Of a stretch of DNA of 64,000 nt, positions 14,186 to 27,900 are shown piece after piece. The DNA is taken from assembly GCA_965112155.1 (NCBI GenBank), contig OZ218105.1; one strand, written 5' to 3'. Each line of letters begins with the position of its first letter. The stretch's first letter is position 1. Source of the stretch: Podarcis liolepis (Eukaryota). The position numbers were made by a program, and so were the translations under genes. The notes below the pieces were generated by a model. The model did no database searches. It was not told the origin of the DNA and saw nothing but the letters and a program-made list of their open reading frames with translations.

Positions 14186-14534
14186 GGGACGCGGGTGGCA
14201 CTGTGGGTTAAACCACAAAGCCTAGGACTTGCTGATCAGAAGGCTGGCGGTTCAAATCCCTGTGACGGGGTGAGCTCCCGTTGCTCGGTCCCTGCTCCTG
14301 CCCACCTAGCAGTTCGAAAGCACATCAAAGTGCAAGTAGATAAATAAGTACCGCTCCGGCGGGAAGGTAAACGGCGTTTCCGTGCGCTGCTCTGGTTTGC
14401 CAGAAGCGGCTTAGTCATGCTGGCCACATGACCCGGAAGCTGTACGCCGGCTCCCTCAGCCAATAAAGCAAGATGAGCACCGCAACCCAGAGTCGGCCCC
14501 GACTGGACCTAATGGTCAGGGGTCCCTTTACCTT
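14186..14534 (+). mobile_element. Sauria SINE, full length
   Basis: gggacgcgggtggc...ggtccctttaccttt tail; 14-bp TSD tagcttgaagccct (14171-14184 / 14535-14548). Confidence 0.92.
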
Positions 14535-16091
14535 TAGCTTGAAGCCCTGAGAAGCAGACAGTGCCAACCAAATTGTACAGCATAGCTGTTGGGCAGGACT
14601 TCTGCGGATCAGAGGGTATGTTTGAAATCCTGCATCCATATCCTAGATGCTTTGTCTACCAATTGTACCCTCTCCCTGTGGTTTATTCCTCCTTCCAGTC
14701 CTTGACATACCATTCAGAATTCTGCAGAAGACCAAATACCACATTCAGAATAACCTGTGCAAATTGATTAAGCAGATGCCCTCTGATATCTTGTTATAAT
14801 GCAGTCTACACGATTTGAGGTCTGGGAAGCTAAAAAAAAAAAGCTTAGCATACACCATTCCTAAAGATCTTTAAATTATTGTAATTCAATATCTGTCCCT
14901 CTTTCTCCTTTCTGCCACTATCACTGTGGAAATTAGAAAAGAATCCAGATCACAGTATTTATGATTAAAGAACTGCAGCCTTGTTATTATCTTTCCATGC
15001 ATTTACATGTGACATGTGTTTTTTAACAAGGCAAATGGTTATAAATTAATCATAACCCTCCAGACAAGCATCATTTGTAAGATGGCATAACACATTAATT
15101 TCTCTTGCTCTTTTGCTGCATCTTGCAGCTTTGACCTGAATGAGAACTTCTTTATCTCCTTCCAGCAGCATTCTGTTGCCTTCTTCTCAGTTCATGAAGT
15201 TGTAGGGAGGAGATGGAGAAAGAGCTTGAGTGGAGTAATTGACTGCAGTTCCTTTTAAAGAATGGTGAAACTATAGTCTGCAATAGCAACAAAGACATTT
15301 CCTTGTTATTTTTTCTTCCCCAAAGGCCTTGAGATGAAAATGTTGCTTTCTATCTCTCTATAGCTTTATGATCTTGAGTTTCTAGTAATGAATATATTAT
15401 CTTCAATTTCAATTGTGTATGCCTCTTAACAAAAGTAAATTCCTACAAGTGTTCCAAAAGCAATTTATAACCCATTGGCCAAGTGAATGTTGCATATCAA
15501 AGCTGGTCATTAAATAAATGTCAAACAAAATTATCTTGCATATCTTGGGGACTTAAGAAACCAGTGAAGGTCAAATGAAGTTCCCCTGGCATTTTCATGC
15601 AGCGGTTTTTATAATGAGATAACTCTCTTCTAACGTATTGCATTGGTTTTATATCATGTATCTAATATAAACAACTCATTTATTTCAGTTTGCTGTAAAA
15701 ATGAATGCCTTTGGTTCAGGTAGTTGTTCCCAAGTGATAGATCCTATAATTCTTTGCAAAACAATGACTATGTTTTTATCTTCTTCTCTACATCAAAGAC
15801 ACTGTTCTTCCCTACACTGCTGAATACCCAATATTGTGAGACTTCAGACAGATCACTGGGGAACAATTTTTTTTCCATTTTCTGTTGCATGAGATTTTTC
15901 AAGTGTTCTTATATGTTCTTTCAATGCTGATCTCAAATCTGAAATCGATTTCCGTGTACATGCTATATTTATCTTTCAATTTCCGACTTTTGCCAATATG
16001 TCATATTTACACTGGGGATAAGTGGACACTGACACATTGATCTACCCTAACCACATGGTAATTATTGTTTTGCAAACTTAATTTTTCTTTA

Positions 16092-16337
16092 CAGTGGTAC
16101 CTCGGGATCAGTTCCGGAGCCCCATTCGCATCCCGAACGGAACGCAAGATGCGGCAGTGCGTCTGTGCATGCGTGGGTTGTTTTTCGCCACTACCGCGCA
16201 TGCGTGTGACGTCATTTTGAGCGTCTGCACATGCGCGAGCGGCGAAACCCAGAAGTAACGCTCTCCGTTACCAGGTTGCCGCGGAGCGCAACTCGAACGC
16301 GCTCAACACGAAGCGCATTCAACTCGAGTTATGACTG
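16092..16337. mobile_element. Tigger/pogo-like MITE (related to the 9742 copy)
   Basis: TA TSD; cagtggtacctcgg...cgagttatgactg; shared gcgcatgcgcgagcg..gaaacccagaagtaac core. Confidence 0.82.
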
Positions 16338-17214
16338 TATTTTTATAGTTTTGTAACCTAAATATTTGTATTTTTCAGATTCCCTTCCCATTAACTCCAG
16401 TGGGAGGGAACAAGATAAACTATTGATCACTTTCCCCAGCCCTCACTTCTCATTGCACTTTTCTTGAGTTGTCCCATTCCTATCCCAAGCAGAGAAGGGT
16501 CAGGATGTGATGTGGAGCTACTGCCAGGTGACCCAGGACAGACTTTTTGAATGGGAGGATTCCTAGACATAAATTGTGCATCCTGACTGCACAGCCCTAG
16601 TAAACAAGCATATGCTTACACTGAAATAGCACACACACACACAAAAGCAAAATCTTGCACCTTTTGTAGGACATTGCTTGATTCCATAGATTGTGTAGTA
16701 TAAAAGCAATAAATATCAAGAGAAAGAAACAGGATGCAGTGAATTACTCTGTAAATAAATTCAGTTTTGAGAGCCATCTTGTTTAATGATACCCGGGAAC
16801 TGCTCAATATATGTTCATATACAGCCCTCTGCTGGACAGCATTTGTTACAATGTAAGTTAAGCCAGAATTTTATTTTAAAAACCTTTACAGTAGAACCCT
16901 TGATGTCCCAGGACCTGTAATTTGTCCCAAATATCTGGGTTTGTGTGTACAAGTATAAAGTAGTAGAACATTGAGCAAAGGTATTCTGATACTTGATCTC
17001 TACATAAGAGAAGTTTTAGTGCAGTGCTAATGCAGAAATCACAGGATATATATTATTATTTAACATTGTTGGGCTTGAAAACGGTATCCATATATTTTTG
17101 CATCTGTTTCTGTTTTAGATAATTTTTGTTGTTTCATCCTAAATGTTCCAGGCCACAGTCTCTCTCATCCTTTGTAATACAGTCAAATTCTTAAAGGTTT
17201 TCGCTGTCAATGTA

Positions 17215-17478
17215 CAGTGGTGCCTCGCAAGACGAAATTAATTCGTTCCGCGAGTCTTTTCGTCTTGTGATGTTTTTCGTCTTGCGAAGCACGGTCCGTC
17301 GCAACTGCGCCTCTCCAAGTGGCTTTAAGAAAAAAGTGAACAAACTCGCAAGACGTTTTCGTCTTGCGAAGCAAGCCCATAGGGAAATTCGTCTAGCGAA
17401 GCAACACAAAAACCGAAAAACCCTTTCGTCTAGCGAGTTTTTCGTTTTGCGAGGCATTCGTCTTGCGGGGCACCACTG
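17215..17478. mobile_element. Tigger/pogo-like MITE, young and CpG-intact
   Basis: TA TSD; TIR cagtggtgcctcgcaagacgaa / ttcgtcttgcggggcaccactg; repeated ttcgtcttgcga motif. Confidence 0.88.
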
Positions 17479-18379
17479 TATATACATGTCAATCACAAAC
17501 TTCTGCAAGAGTTTATATCTCACTTTCAGTAAGCAAAACCCTTGATGATTCTTACAGTACTAATTTCCTAGTATTTGTGCTTCTGATTGTACTATACCCA
17601 TTTGTAGGCAGAAATCTAAGCTAACATGAAGCCTGCCCTGCAACATAAATCCTGGCGACACCTATGCTCAAAACACTCAATGATTATCAGCTAAGGTGGG
17701 AACTGAACCATGACCATTGTAGCTCTCCACAACCCATGTTACCAAATAAGTCTATTTACCAATTCTTCTAGCATGACCTTTTATGATTCTGTTTCAAGTA
17801 TTTAAGTACAGTAGTGCATATTAAGTACTGGTTTGTTCCTACAGTTTGTCACTAGGAAAATATAAAGTGCTTGCAAGATAACCTGCTATGATGCCTTCCT
17901 AAAATGAAATACAGTGCAGTATAATCTGTATGAAGTAAAAGACTCATTTGGCCAGTTCAGTCATATAAGCACAAATCAAAGTATATTTCCATTCTGTTAG
18001 CAATAGATGGCAAGAGCAGACACGCCCTCCAAAATGTAGGTCACCTATTTGAGATGGTAGATAAAGTTCTGCTTTAATCTTTTGCAATGTTAAAGATTAA
18101 TGTATTATAAGAAGACAGAAAAATGGCTATACTGTACATCTATAACAGCAGTAAGCATGGCAATCTAATATAACTGGGGAAACTAATGCACTATCACTGG
18201 AGGATTGGATATCAAAGGTTTGGGAAGCAGATCAAATGATAAAATTAACTAGCATTGTCAGGGTCTGGGAAGAAAGGCAACGTCATAGCCATTTTATTGA
18301 AAAATTGAGTGCTTTTTTCATGTATTGAAACTAGGCACATTTTTAATTTTTTTAACTGAAGCTGTCGTTCAAGAGACCC

Positions 18380-18920
18380 ATTTGTGGAATGCTGGCAAAA
18401 TCCGCATTGACTTCGCAGGAGAGAAAGGCTAAGGAATCGGATCCGCCCCTGGGCGGAACACCCTGTCTTCGCGCAAGCGCCCTTCGCGGAGACTCCGCCC
18501 TTCGCAGTTGTTTGGGTGCAGCGGCGTTCCTTACCTCCGCAAACGTCACGGCCTTGAATCCCTGCAGGTCCTGCTGGGTGACATGGCTGCCCAGAAGATC
18601 AACGAAGGCTTGGAGCACATCGCTAAAGCGGAGAAATAGTGAGCGAGGGGGGCCGGGAGGGGGAGAGGGCGAAGGAAGCCGGCGAGGGACAAGGGAAGCC
18701 GGCTTGCCAGCCCTTGGGGAACAGGCGGGCGAGTGGGGAGGCTGTACGCGGGGGCTGTGGCTGACTGCGCACCTCCAGCTCCCCATGGAGCAGCGCCGGG
18801 AGACGGGGCGGTTTCCCCCGGGTGGAGCTGTGGGCGGAGGGAGCCCCTCTCGGACCCGCGCTCGTCTCTTGAGAGCAACTCCAGGCGGCTCTGCTGGAGC
18901 TCCCCCGCCAGAAAAGAGGG
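18380..18920 (+). promoter_or_regulatory. NAPG: NAPG CpG-island promoter / 5' end
   Basis: Only non-TE CpG-rich, GC-rich island in the window; GC boxes (ccgccc/gggcgg near 18443-18456 and 18494), ACGTCA half-CRE near 18543; no TATA box; G-rich tract at the start of intron 1. Confidence 0.85.
18583..18638 (+). CDS. NAPG: NAPG coding exon 1
   Basis: ATG at 18583, MAAQKINEGLEHIAKAEK, donor TA|gtgagc. Confidence 0.96.
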
Positions 18921-21900
18921 GGGCGGTTTCTTGTTTTGGGTTTTGCTCTTATGCGCAGACAACACTTTGCATCCCTCAGGCATACCCTCGTCATCAGTGC
19001 GTCGTCCCCTTAATGGGGCTTGCTTGACCCAGGATGTTCAAGCCCTGAAGTATTGCGTACTTCCTTTCTCTCCCCTACCCCAACCTCTGTGGACTCTACC
19101 TTAATACAAAGTCGCGCCACTGGGCTACCCGACCTATACTGGTTGCAGTACTTAGGTAGAGGTCATCACCACTCTTCCTAGATCCTGTTATGCTATGTCA
19201 GAGATTGAAACTAGAGGCCTGTGCTGTGGCACCAGTAAGCTGCAAAGATCATCCATGTCCCCCCCCTCCCCCCCCAGCTATGTTTGAACCAGATAAATCT
19301 CTTTTTCTTTGTAGAATTGAAAAGGTTTGACTGTAAGACCTGATACCTGGTCACCATTTTGACACATCTAGTGAAATTATTAGGCAGTAGGCAATCACTG
19401 GTATGACAGTTGCAGCATCAAATTCCTTATTGATGTAGCATATCGTTGTTATTACTATTTGTAAGAAAAGTAAGCAGTTTACAATAAAGAGGTATATTTT
19501 TATAAAATGAATTGCTATTTCTTGGTTTATTCTACATTTCAGTTTGAAAACTGGATTATTAAAATGGAAGCCAGACTATGACAGTGCAGCAACTGAATAT
19601 TCAAAAGCAGGTATGTTCTGTAAAACGTTGGCAGTTCATTTTTGCAACCTTAAATATGTTTCATATGTTCCCCGGCAAAGCTAACTTCTATTGGCAGTTT
19701 GTGGATTAACTTGTTGAAATTCCTCTAACCCACAGTGCTGTATTCTTGCAGCAGTAGCTAACTGACTACCTGCCATTGTGATGCATTTCTGAATAAATAC
19801 CTAGGGTAAAAATAGACAGGTGATATATTCGGGGGTTTGTTTGAAATGATAGATTGGTTTAATTTATAAAGGCTTTTCAGGAGCAAAACACTTCAGAATA
19901 TCTAGGAAAAGTATATTTCTGCATTCATGGGAGCCATCATTTCTGGGGGACCCAGGCAAGGGAAAAAAACCCCAGCAGTCATTATATTAAGAAAACCAGA
20001 GGTTACCTTAGACTATTGATGGATGTCAGGTTGCACAGTATTTCCTAGTGGCTAGAGCTTGGAGTGTTGTCTAATCTTCTTAGGCCAAAGTATGTCTCTT
20101 GCAGCCTAATGCTATGCCTGTTTACTTGGAAGTAAGCCCTACAGTGTGAAATGAAGCTTAATTTCAAGTATGCATGCATAAAGGTTGTAACCATAACATT
20201 GTGAAAGCCTTTGATGCTAAAATGTGATTTTCTTTAAGATTCATATCATTATTCAAGATTAATACAAATAATAAAAAGTAATTCACATTTCTTTAAAATT
20301 GCAAGAAATGTATGGCATTATTTGATCAATGAATGTGATAATAAACTTGACAGGATCTGGGGGGAAATCACTTTGCTGAAGTAAAAATCCAAATTGTCTC
20401 TTAAAAGTTCCCTTCTAAATATTATTTCTGAGGTGCAGTAAATGGATATTACTATGTACATGCAAACACAGAACATAATCTATTTTTAATGGTTTCTTTT
20501 CTATTTCTTTTCAGCTGTTGCTTTTAAAAATGCCAAACAATATGATCAGGCAAAAGAAGCCTATTATAAAGAAGCTCTCTGCCAGGAAAACAATAAAGCG
20601 TATCCATTTATTAATTCTTGCTTTGCTTAAGGGTTTGAAAACATGACTATTGGACTGATACTCCTTTTTTTTAATTCCAAACTTTTAGTGAAATACTGAT
20701 GTAATGTTTTCTATCATTTTTTTGGGGGGGGGGAGATTCAAGAAGTTTCTCTGTTTACCACATGACTCATGACCACGACTCTTGACGAGTGTTTCTTGTG
20801 ACACTAGCTTTTGCATCTCCATTGGATCTTTTGCCTTTTTCAATCAAAAGTTTGAGCTAGAAAAGCTGCTTGTCATGATGCAGAAGGGTCTGTTGCTCCA
20901 CAGCCAAAAGTAGTAGTTTTGAAATGATCTAGATTGTCTTATCTTTGTGGAATTATTTGGTCCATATATGAATGTTAACTTGTACCAATAGCATTCAAGT
21001 ATATACCCTCTTTAAAAACAGTTCAGGATTGAATATAGTATTTATTTCAGGAAGACATGGTATAATTTGTATCCTTGACTCAAAATGATTTACTTCCAGT
21101 CTCTTCCATGCTGCAAAGTAAGTATGAATGCAGTTTTAATTTGTTGAGAGCTCTTCAGTATATGGAAAATGTAATTGAGGTTGACACTCATCAAAATATA
21201 ATTCAGTAATTCAGTGCACAGGAAGCTGGGACAAAGGAAGATGAAATAAGTTCAGCCAGTGTAAAGTTGCACCAGAGCCAAAGCCCTTTCAGCAGTGAGG
21301 CAGTTGCTCTGCCTAAGCCTGGGCAAACAAAATTAAGATTCAAGGCAAAACCTGTTTCTGGAGCAGTTACAAAACAAATAATCAAAAAGCGGAGGGTTTT
21401 TTTTATACTTTCCCCCCAAATCCTTATTACCATATATACTTGAGTATAAGCCGACTTTTTCAGCACATTTTTTATGCTGAAAAAGCTGCCCTCGGCTTAT
21501 ACTCGAGTGAGGCGGCAGCGGTGGGAGGAGTGGCCCGAAAGAAGCCCTTTCTCGCCGCTGGTCCCTCCGCTGCCACCCGCCTTTTGCAAGGGCAGGCACA
21601 GGAGCCATGGTTGGGAGAGGTGCTGCGCTGCGCTGTGCCTCTCCCAACTGCTGCTCCTATGCCTGCTCTTGCAAGCGGAAGAGGCGGTGGTGGAGGGACA
21701 AGTGGCCCGAAAGGAGCCCTTTCGGGCTGCTGGTTCCTCCTCCTCTGCCTTTGCCACTGTCAGCAGTGGTGGAGGAGGAACGAGCAGCCTGAAAGCACCC
21801 CTTTTGGGCTACTTGTTCTTCCTCCGCCGCTGCCGCCACCACCAGGTTTGTGGTGTGGTAAACCGGCTTATACTTGAGTCAATAAGTTTTCCCAGTTTTT

Positions 21901-24900
21901 TGTGCTAAAATTAGGTGCCTCGGCTTATATTAGGGTCGGCTTATACTCGAGTATATACGGCACCTTACTTGTGAGTTTTCTCACATATTGCAGAATTAGG
22001 TAGTAAAAAGAGATGTACGGTTATGCATCTACTTTTTATTTTACTCTTTTAAAAAAAGGGACTTGCTTTTTTCCCCATGGACAGCCAGTGTCCTTATGGG
22101 AGAGAGCTGTGAATTCCCATTTCAAGCCAAGTCATGGAGCAAAAATCAAAGCGCATGTAATTTGGATGTCTGGTTCTGTTCTACATATTGCAGCGGAGTG
22201 AATAGGCTCCAAGATGCCTGCATCTTAGGATTGTCTGTCCTATAGTCTTTGGTATGATACACTTTAAATTCATTCACTTTCAGCACTGATTTAATTTTGC
22301 TTTGCGTTTCAGAGCTTATGAACAAGTTGGCATGATGTTAAAGGTATGGCCATTTCCAGTCAAACCATCTATATTTGATTTGGTTACAACTAATTATTGG
22401 GTGCTTGTCCTGTGCAGTGCTAATCCTGTAGTTTGATAAACTTGTTGGGGGTTTTTGTGGGGTTTTTTTTTTTTTTTTTTGAGATTTTGAGTAGATTTTG
22501 CCAGGTTGCTAGGTCACATGACCAAGCTGAAAAGGGGTTTGGAATAAGTTTAGATAGTTTCTTTCCCTGCACCTGGCTCTCCTTTTTCGGTACTTCTACC
22601 AGTGCAACTGAGCCAGGGTAGCAAGCCCAAGGTCCTCCAAATCCAAACTATTTCATTCTGCTGGCTCTTGGGTTTCAATTGTGCTGCTTGTATGATCCAT
22701 TTATCAGCGAAGCCAGTACTTGTGATCTCAATCAGTACTACTTAATAGTCTTAAATTCAAGGACTCCTAACATCTTAACAATTGCCCTGTTTACTTCAAA
22801 GTAATTTTAATAGGAAGGTGGTTCCTGGTAAGGAATTTCAACCTTTGTTGACTTGGAAGTCAGCTAATCTGTATTTAAGAGCTGTATCTTTTCAGCATGA
22901 AGAAATTTACACTTTTTGGTTAGGATAAAAGTGAGGGAAGGACATTTAGCTAACCCATTAAATAAACCTTTTCCACGTGATTCTCACACGCATAGCCGAT
23001 GCTTGAACCATCACAGATCAACAACATAGGAAGTTTTCATATCGCCTCAAATGCAGTGCATCTTTGTGAAATACATACATTTAGATTTAAATCATAAAGT
23101 GTTGAAATAAAATTGTATAAGTGGGTGTTTGCAGTTGCCCCTAGTCATTCACTCTTTGCAAACGCTACGATTCTTGCAGGAATTTCTTTGCCTTTTTAAT
23201 GTTTCCATCTGCTAAAGATTGTTGTACTGATTTTTATCAAAGGGTTTAACAAAACTTTTAATAGTTTCAAATATGCAATAATGTGATAAAACTAAATGAA
23301 AGTATTAGATAGACTTTGATTTGCCGTTTTTCCTGACAAACGTGAATCTCTTTCTTTCTCCTTTAGGAGATGAAACAACATCATGATGCAGTGGAAATGA
23401 TTCAGAGAGCCAGCATGATGTACCTGGAGAATGGAACACCTGACACAGCAGCTATAGCCCTGGATCGGGCTGGGAAGTAAGTCTGCAAACTCAAAGCATT
23501 GGTTTCTTTTCTGGAAAAGAAGTTTGATTTATCTAGTTTGCTTTTTTTTAAAAAAGCCATCAAGCTAAATAATAATGTTGACTTTTTATTTCAGAGTAAT
23601 AGAAAATATAAATCCAGACAAGGCTATACAACTTTATCAGCAGACAGCAGCAGTGTTTGAAGTAAGTCGCCTGAAAGCAATATAGTATGTTCCCCAGGAA
23701 ATGTGTTGAGAATGGCAGAGAATAAAATTTAGAAGGTGAACAGCAGTCAAGTCCTATTGCAAAAGAGTGAAACTTCAGGTGTGCTTATTAAATGTCTTCT
23801 TGTCTGGTCTTTCTGACAGCACTGCTGAGTAGACTTAACTGGTGTTGCTGAATTCTTTTTTACACGAGTCTTACTACTTTCATCAGCAAATGTCATTTGA
23901 TTTGTATAGTATATATGCCATAAGAGTAGATAGCAAAGCCTAAATGGGGCTAGAAAATTGGGGCCAAGCTTGGCAAGCAGGTAAACAGGCAAGCTATCTG
24001 TCTTCACTTTCTCAACTCACGACAAACAGTTTTTAAAATGCAATGTTTACCTTGCAGTGCCTGCATTTATTCCATTAAATGCTGCAACTTTTCTGGAATT
24101 TCATGTTCCAGTTAAGCTTACTCAGAGAGGTTTGGGTCACCCAGCTGATAGAGCTGTGTATTAAGTCAAGTAAAACGAGAGAATTTTACCTGACAAATCA
24201 TTAATGTTCTCATATGATTTTGGTTTCTTATCTAGAATGAAGAACGTTTACGACAAGCAGTTGAAATGTATGGAAAAGCTTCAAGGCTTTTAGTCAGAGG
24301 TCGCAGGTGGGCATCCTAACTTTTGTATTCCTTTTTTAAAATGAAATCATTCTCATGGCACTGCCAGCTGATGAAGCTTTTGCATAAATTCACAGTTGGT
24401 CATTAAATTCTTGCATGATATCCAGATGACATTCATCCATGTTGGGGTGGGGGAATTGCAGTTTCCTAGCTTGCAAACTTTTAAATTTTCTTCTTGGGAG
24501 ATAGATTATTCCTGTAGAATGGTATCTACTATAACTGACTTTCAAATGAAACAGATATTTCATTTAAGAATTAAAATGTTGTGGGCATCTATTGGCTGGT
24601 AACTGCAAAGTCACTGAAGCCAAAGGAGACAAACTCATTCCTTTTGTGTCCACTTACCATTCTTTTTAAAAAATGCAACAAACATTGAAAATGGGCAAAG
24701 CTATCCCTATCTCAGTAATGTTTCAGTTAGCTCAGTTGCTAGAACGTGAGAGTCTTAATCTCAAGATTGAGGGTTTGAGTCCCATGTTGGGCAGAAAGAT
24801 TCCTGCATTGCAGGAGTTTGGACTAGAGGACCCTCATGGTCCCTTCCAACTCTTTGATTCTAAGATTCTACTGCCTTTTCTTTAGAGCTGTATATGCCCA

Positions 24901-27900
24901 TTGATTCCCATCTCCCCAGCAGCAAAACTAGTCCGGGTTTGGGAGATAAAGGTCATTCTCATTGTTAGGTAAGGTAAAGGTACCCCTGCCCGTACGGGCC
25001 AGTCTTGACAGACTCTAGGGTTGTGCGCTCATCTCACTCTAGAGGCCGGGAGCCAGCGCTGTCCGCAGACACTTCCGGGTCACGTGCCCAGCGTGATGAA
25101 GCTGCTCTGGCGAGCCAGAGCCACATATGGAAACGCCGTTTACCTCCCCGCTAGTAAGCGGTCCCTATTTATCTACTTGCACCCGAGGGTGCTTTCGAAC
25201 TGCTAGGTTGGCAGGCGCTGGGACCGAGCAACGGGAGCGCACCCTGCCGCGGGGATTCGAACCGCCGACCATGTGATCGGCAAGTCCTAGGCTCTGAGGC
25301 TTTTACCCACAGCGCCACCCGCGTCCCTCATTGTTACTGGCACTCAATTGGGGCTAGCACAACTAAAACACGCAGATCATAACCATTTCTTCCTGTACAT
25401 CTGTAATGGTGTCAGCCATACATTCCATATCCCAGTGCTCATGTGGCTGTATTAGACACAGTCATCCAAATGCATTGCAGGTAGTATAAATCTGGCCTGG
25501 CTTTTCACCATTTCCTTACACTCCAGCATGTGTTTTGTAAGGAAGTAGTTCCTTCAGCTTTACGTTCAGTATGGGCTCACTGTAACCGCACATGAGCTCA
25601 TGTTTTGCTTGAGTGTTGAGCTGCCATTTTGGAAAATGGACACTTAAGGAGTGATTTTCTCTCCCTGATTCCTGCTGCTCCTTTCTTTAAATGTACCAAT
25701 CCTTCTCATTGTCTTTCAGACTAGATGAGGCTGCAGTATCTATTCAGAAGGAAAAGAGTCTTTATAAAGATATTGAAAACTATCCAACTTGTTACAAGGT
25801 ATAAAGCCAGGTGGTCTCTTTATCTATTTCTGAAAAAGTGCTCTCTTTTCTTTTGAATTACTCTAATTTGTAAGCTCACATCTAATTGAACAGCGTTAGA
25901 TGTATTCCTCACTAGAAATCATACACGCGCTAATCTCTAGTCTTAAAACAGTTGGAAATGTTAAAATTGGTTCATGTTTTTGTTTTTTGTTTTAAAGTAT
26001 TTAAAAAAACAAGTATCAAATTTGGAAGATGATTTTTTAAAAAATATTGGCCTGCACCATATTTTATGCAGTGTTATAATTGTAAAATCTGACACAGCTT
26101 TGAAAATCCCGAATATCTATGGATTGAGTGGAGTAAGACTTATTTTACCCTGCATAACTTTTGTGCCATGCCTTGGTTATTTAATTGACTTGTGTGTGAC
26201 TAGCAGAGTCTGTTGTTAGGTGCTATCAGGGTTTCAGGTTCAGCTTTTCAAGAGGCCCTGTTTATTTTAAGCTACAAGCATCTTCCATGTACCGATGTGA
26301 TCATTGTGTTCAATGCTTGCTAATGAATGTATGAGGAGTACCTGCAAAATTACATCTTTAGTTTGGTGAAGAAGAGGCAAAGTAGCCTAATGGCCAAAGT
26401 ACATAATCTGTAATGATCCAAGTCCTGTTAAATAGCAAAAGGTGTATTTATTTTATGCGTTTCTATAATTGAAACAGTTATGGAGAGTTATTTAATGCTA
26501 AACTTGTAAATCTTGGCTCAGAAAATGGCAGGCCAAACATTTGTTGCCAAAGATCTGGTCATTTTTCTGAAAGAAAAAAATCACCCTTAATTATTCAAAG
26601 TACCTCTGTTTTTCTTTTTTTGAGATGCTGACATTTATATTTTTTCTGTTGAATCTGTTTAACTGAGAAATTAATACAGCTTTGTTATTAGAGAGTGAAT
26701 CAGTCATTTTTTTTTCCTTTTAGAAAACTATTGCTCAGGTCTTAGTTCATCTTCACAGAAATGACTATGTTGCTGCAGAAAAATGTGTCAGGGAAAGTTG
26801 TAGGTAAGTCATCTGTTTGCCTGATTTGTTTTAATTTTTAAAAGCATAGTTGTCTTCTTCATTATCTTATGTTCTGTATTTCTGTTACTGGCATAAGCGC
26901 TGAATGCAGGGTTCGTTGGCACATCATCTTTTTGAGAAACGCTCCTTGCTTATAAAAGAGTGACAATAAATTTGTTCCTCATCTTAATATCAAATTGTTA
27001 CATCTACAAAACTCATTTGTTGGTTTAGAAAGTAAGCTGCTCATTCATTCATTCATTCATTCATTTGGTACTCTTAGGCATTTGGGTCCCAAACAATTTA
27101 AGACTTTATATGATAGTACTAACACATTGAATTTGGCTGGTACCTGCCTGGTAGCCAGAGCAAAGCTTTTAGAACCAGGTGACACAAGATTCCATTGGGC
27201 TTGCCCCACTTACTAATCTAGCAGCTTCATTCTGCATTAGCCGGACCACTTCAAGAGCATCCCTACATAGAACCCATTACGTTAGTCTAAGTGGGGCCAA
27301 GCTATTCTGTTTCAGGAACAGCCATAGCTGACAAACTAGCCTACACAAGGCCTAAGCACTCCTAGCCACAGGAACCACTTGAGATCAACTCCTGCCATTA
27401 CAGGTGGAACACCTAGTTCTTAGATATGGGAACCTGCCCACCTACAGCATTTCCGTCTTCCTAGAATTGAGCCTCAGTTTATTAGCCCCCATCCACGCCT
27501 TCTCTGCTTCAGTGTACCTCCATAGCCTCTCCTGATTCAGATGGGAATGGAGAAATAAAGCTGTGTGCACCATACAGATGACACTATGCTCTAATTCCCA
27601 AGATCCCAGTGGTTTAATCATAATTAAAACTTGCGCAGAACGATAAAATAAAAGCAGTGTTAAAATCAGTCAATGCATGCTGGTATATCTGGGTCTACAA
27701 ATGGTACAGTTGGCACTAAGCAAATCTCCTTAGGGAGAACATCTCCAAGATAGGGTGCCACCACCTAAAAGGTTGTCTTCCTGGTCACTTCCCATCTAAC
27801 TTCAGATGGTGAGGGAAACCAGGGTAGGGCTTCTGATTAAGAATGCAGAATCTAGGCAGGGTCATATTGTAGGAAGTGGTCGTTTAGGTACTTCTCAGGC

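Noticed and set aside
1-18300. APCDD1 exons expected upstream of NAPG by synteny
   Set aside because: No recognisable APCDD1 coding sequence found; it probably lies outside the window
18352-19104. Long overlapping ORFs (up to 212 aa) at the NAPG 5' end
   Set aside because: By-product of the GC-rich CpG island; the real coding part is the 56-nt exon 1
21203-21908. Several ORFs in NAPG intron 4
   Set aside because: Interior of a non-autonomous DNA transposon; no transposase motifs
24720-24792. tRNA-Lys-like and (41509-41580) tRNA-Ile-like sequences as tRNA genes
   Set aside because: Broken stems, mutated B box, fused to CR1 tails; these are SINE heads
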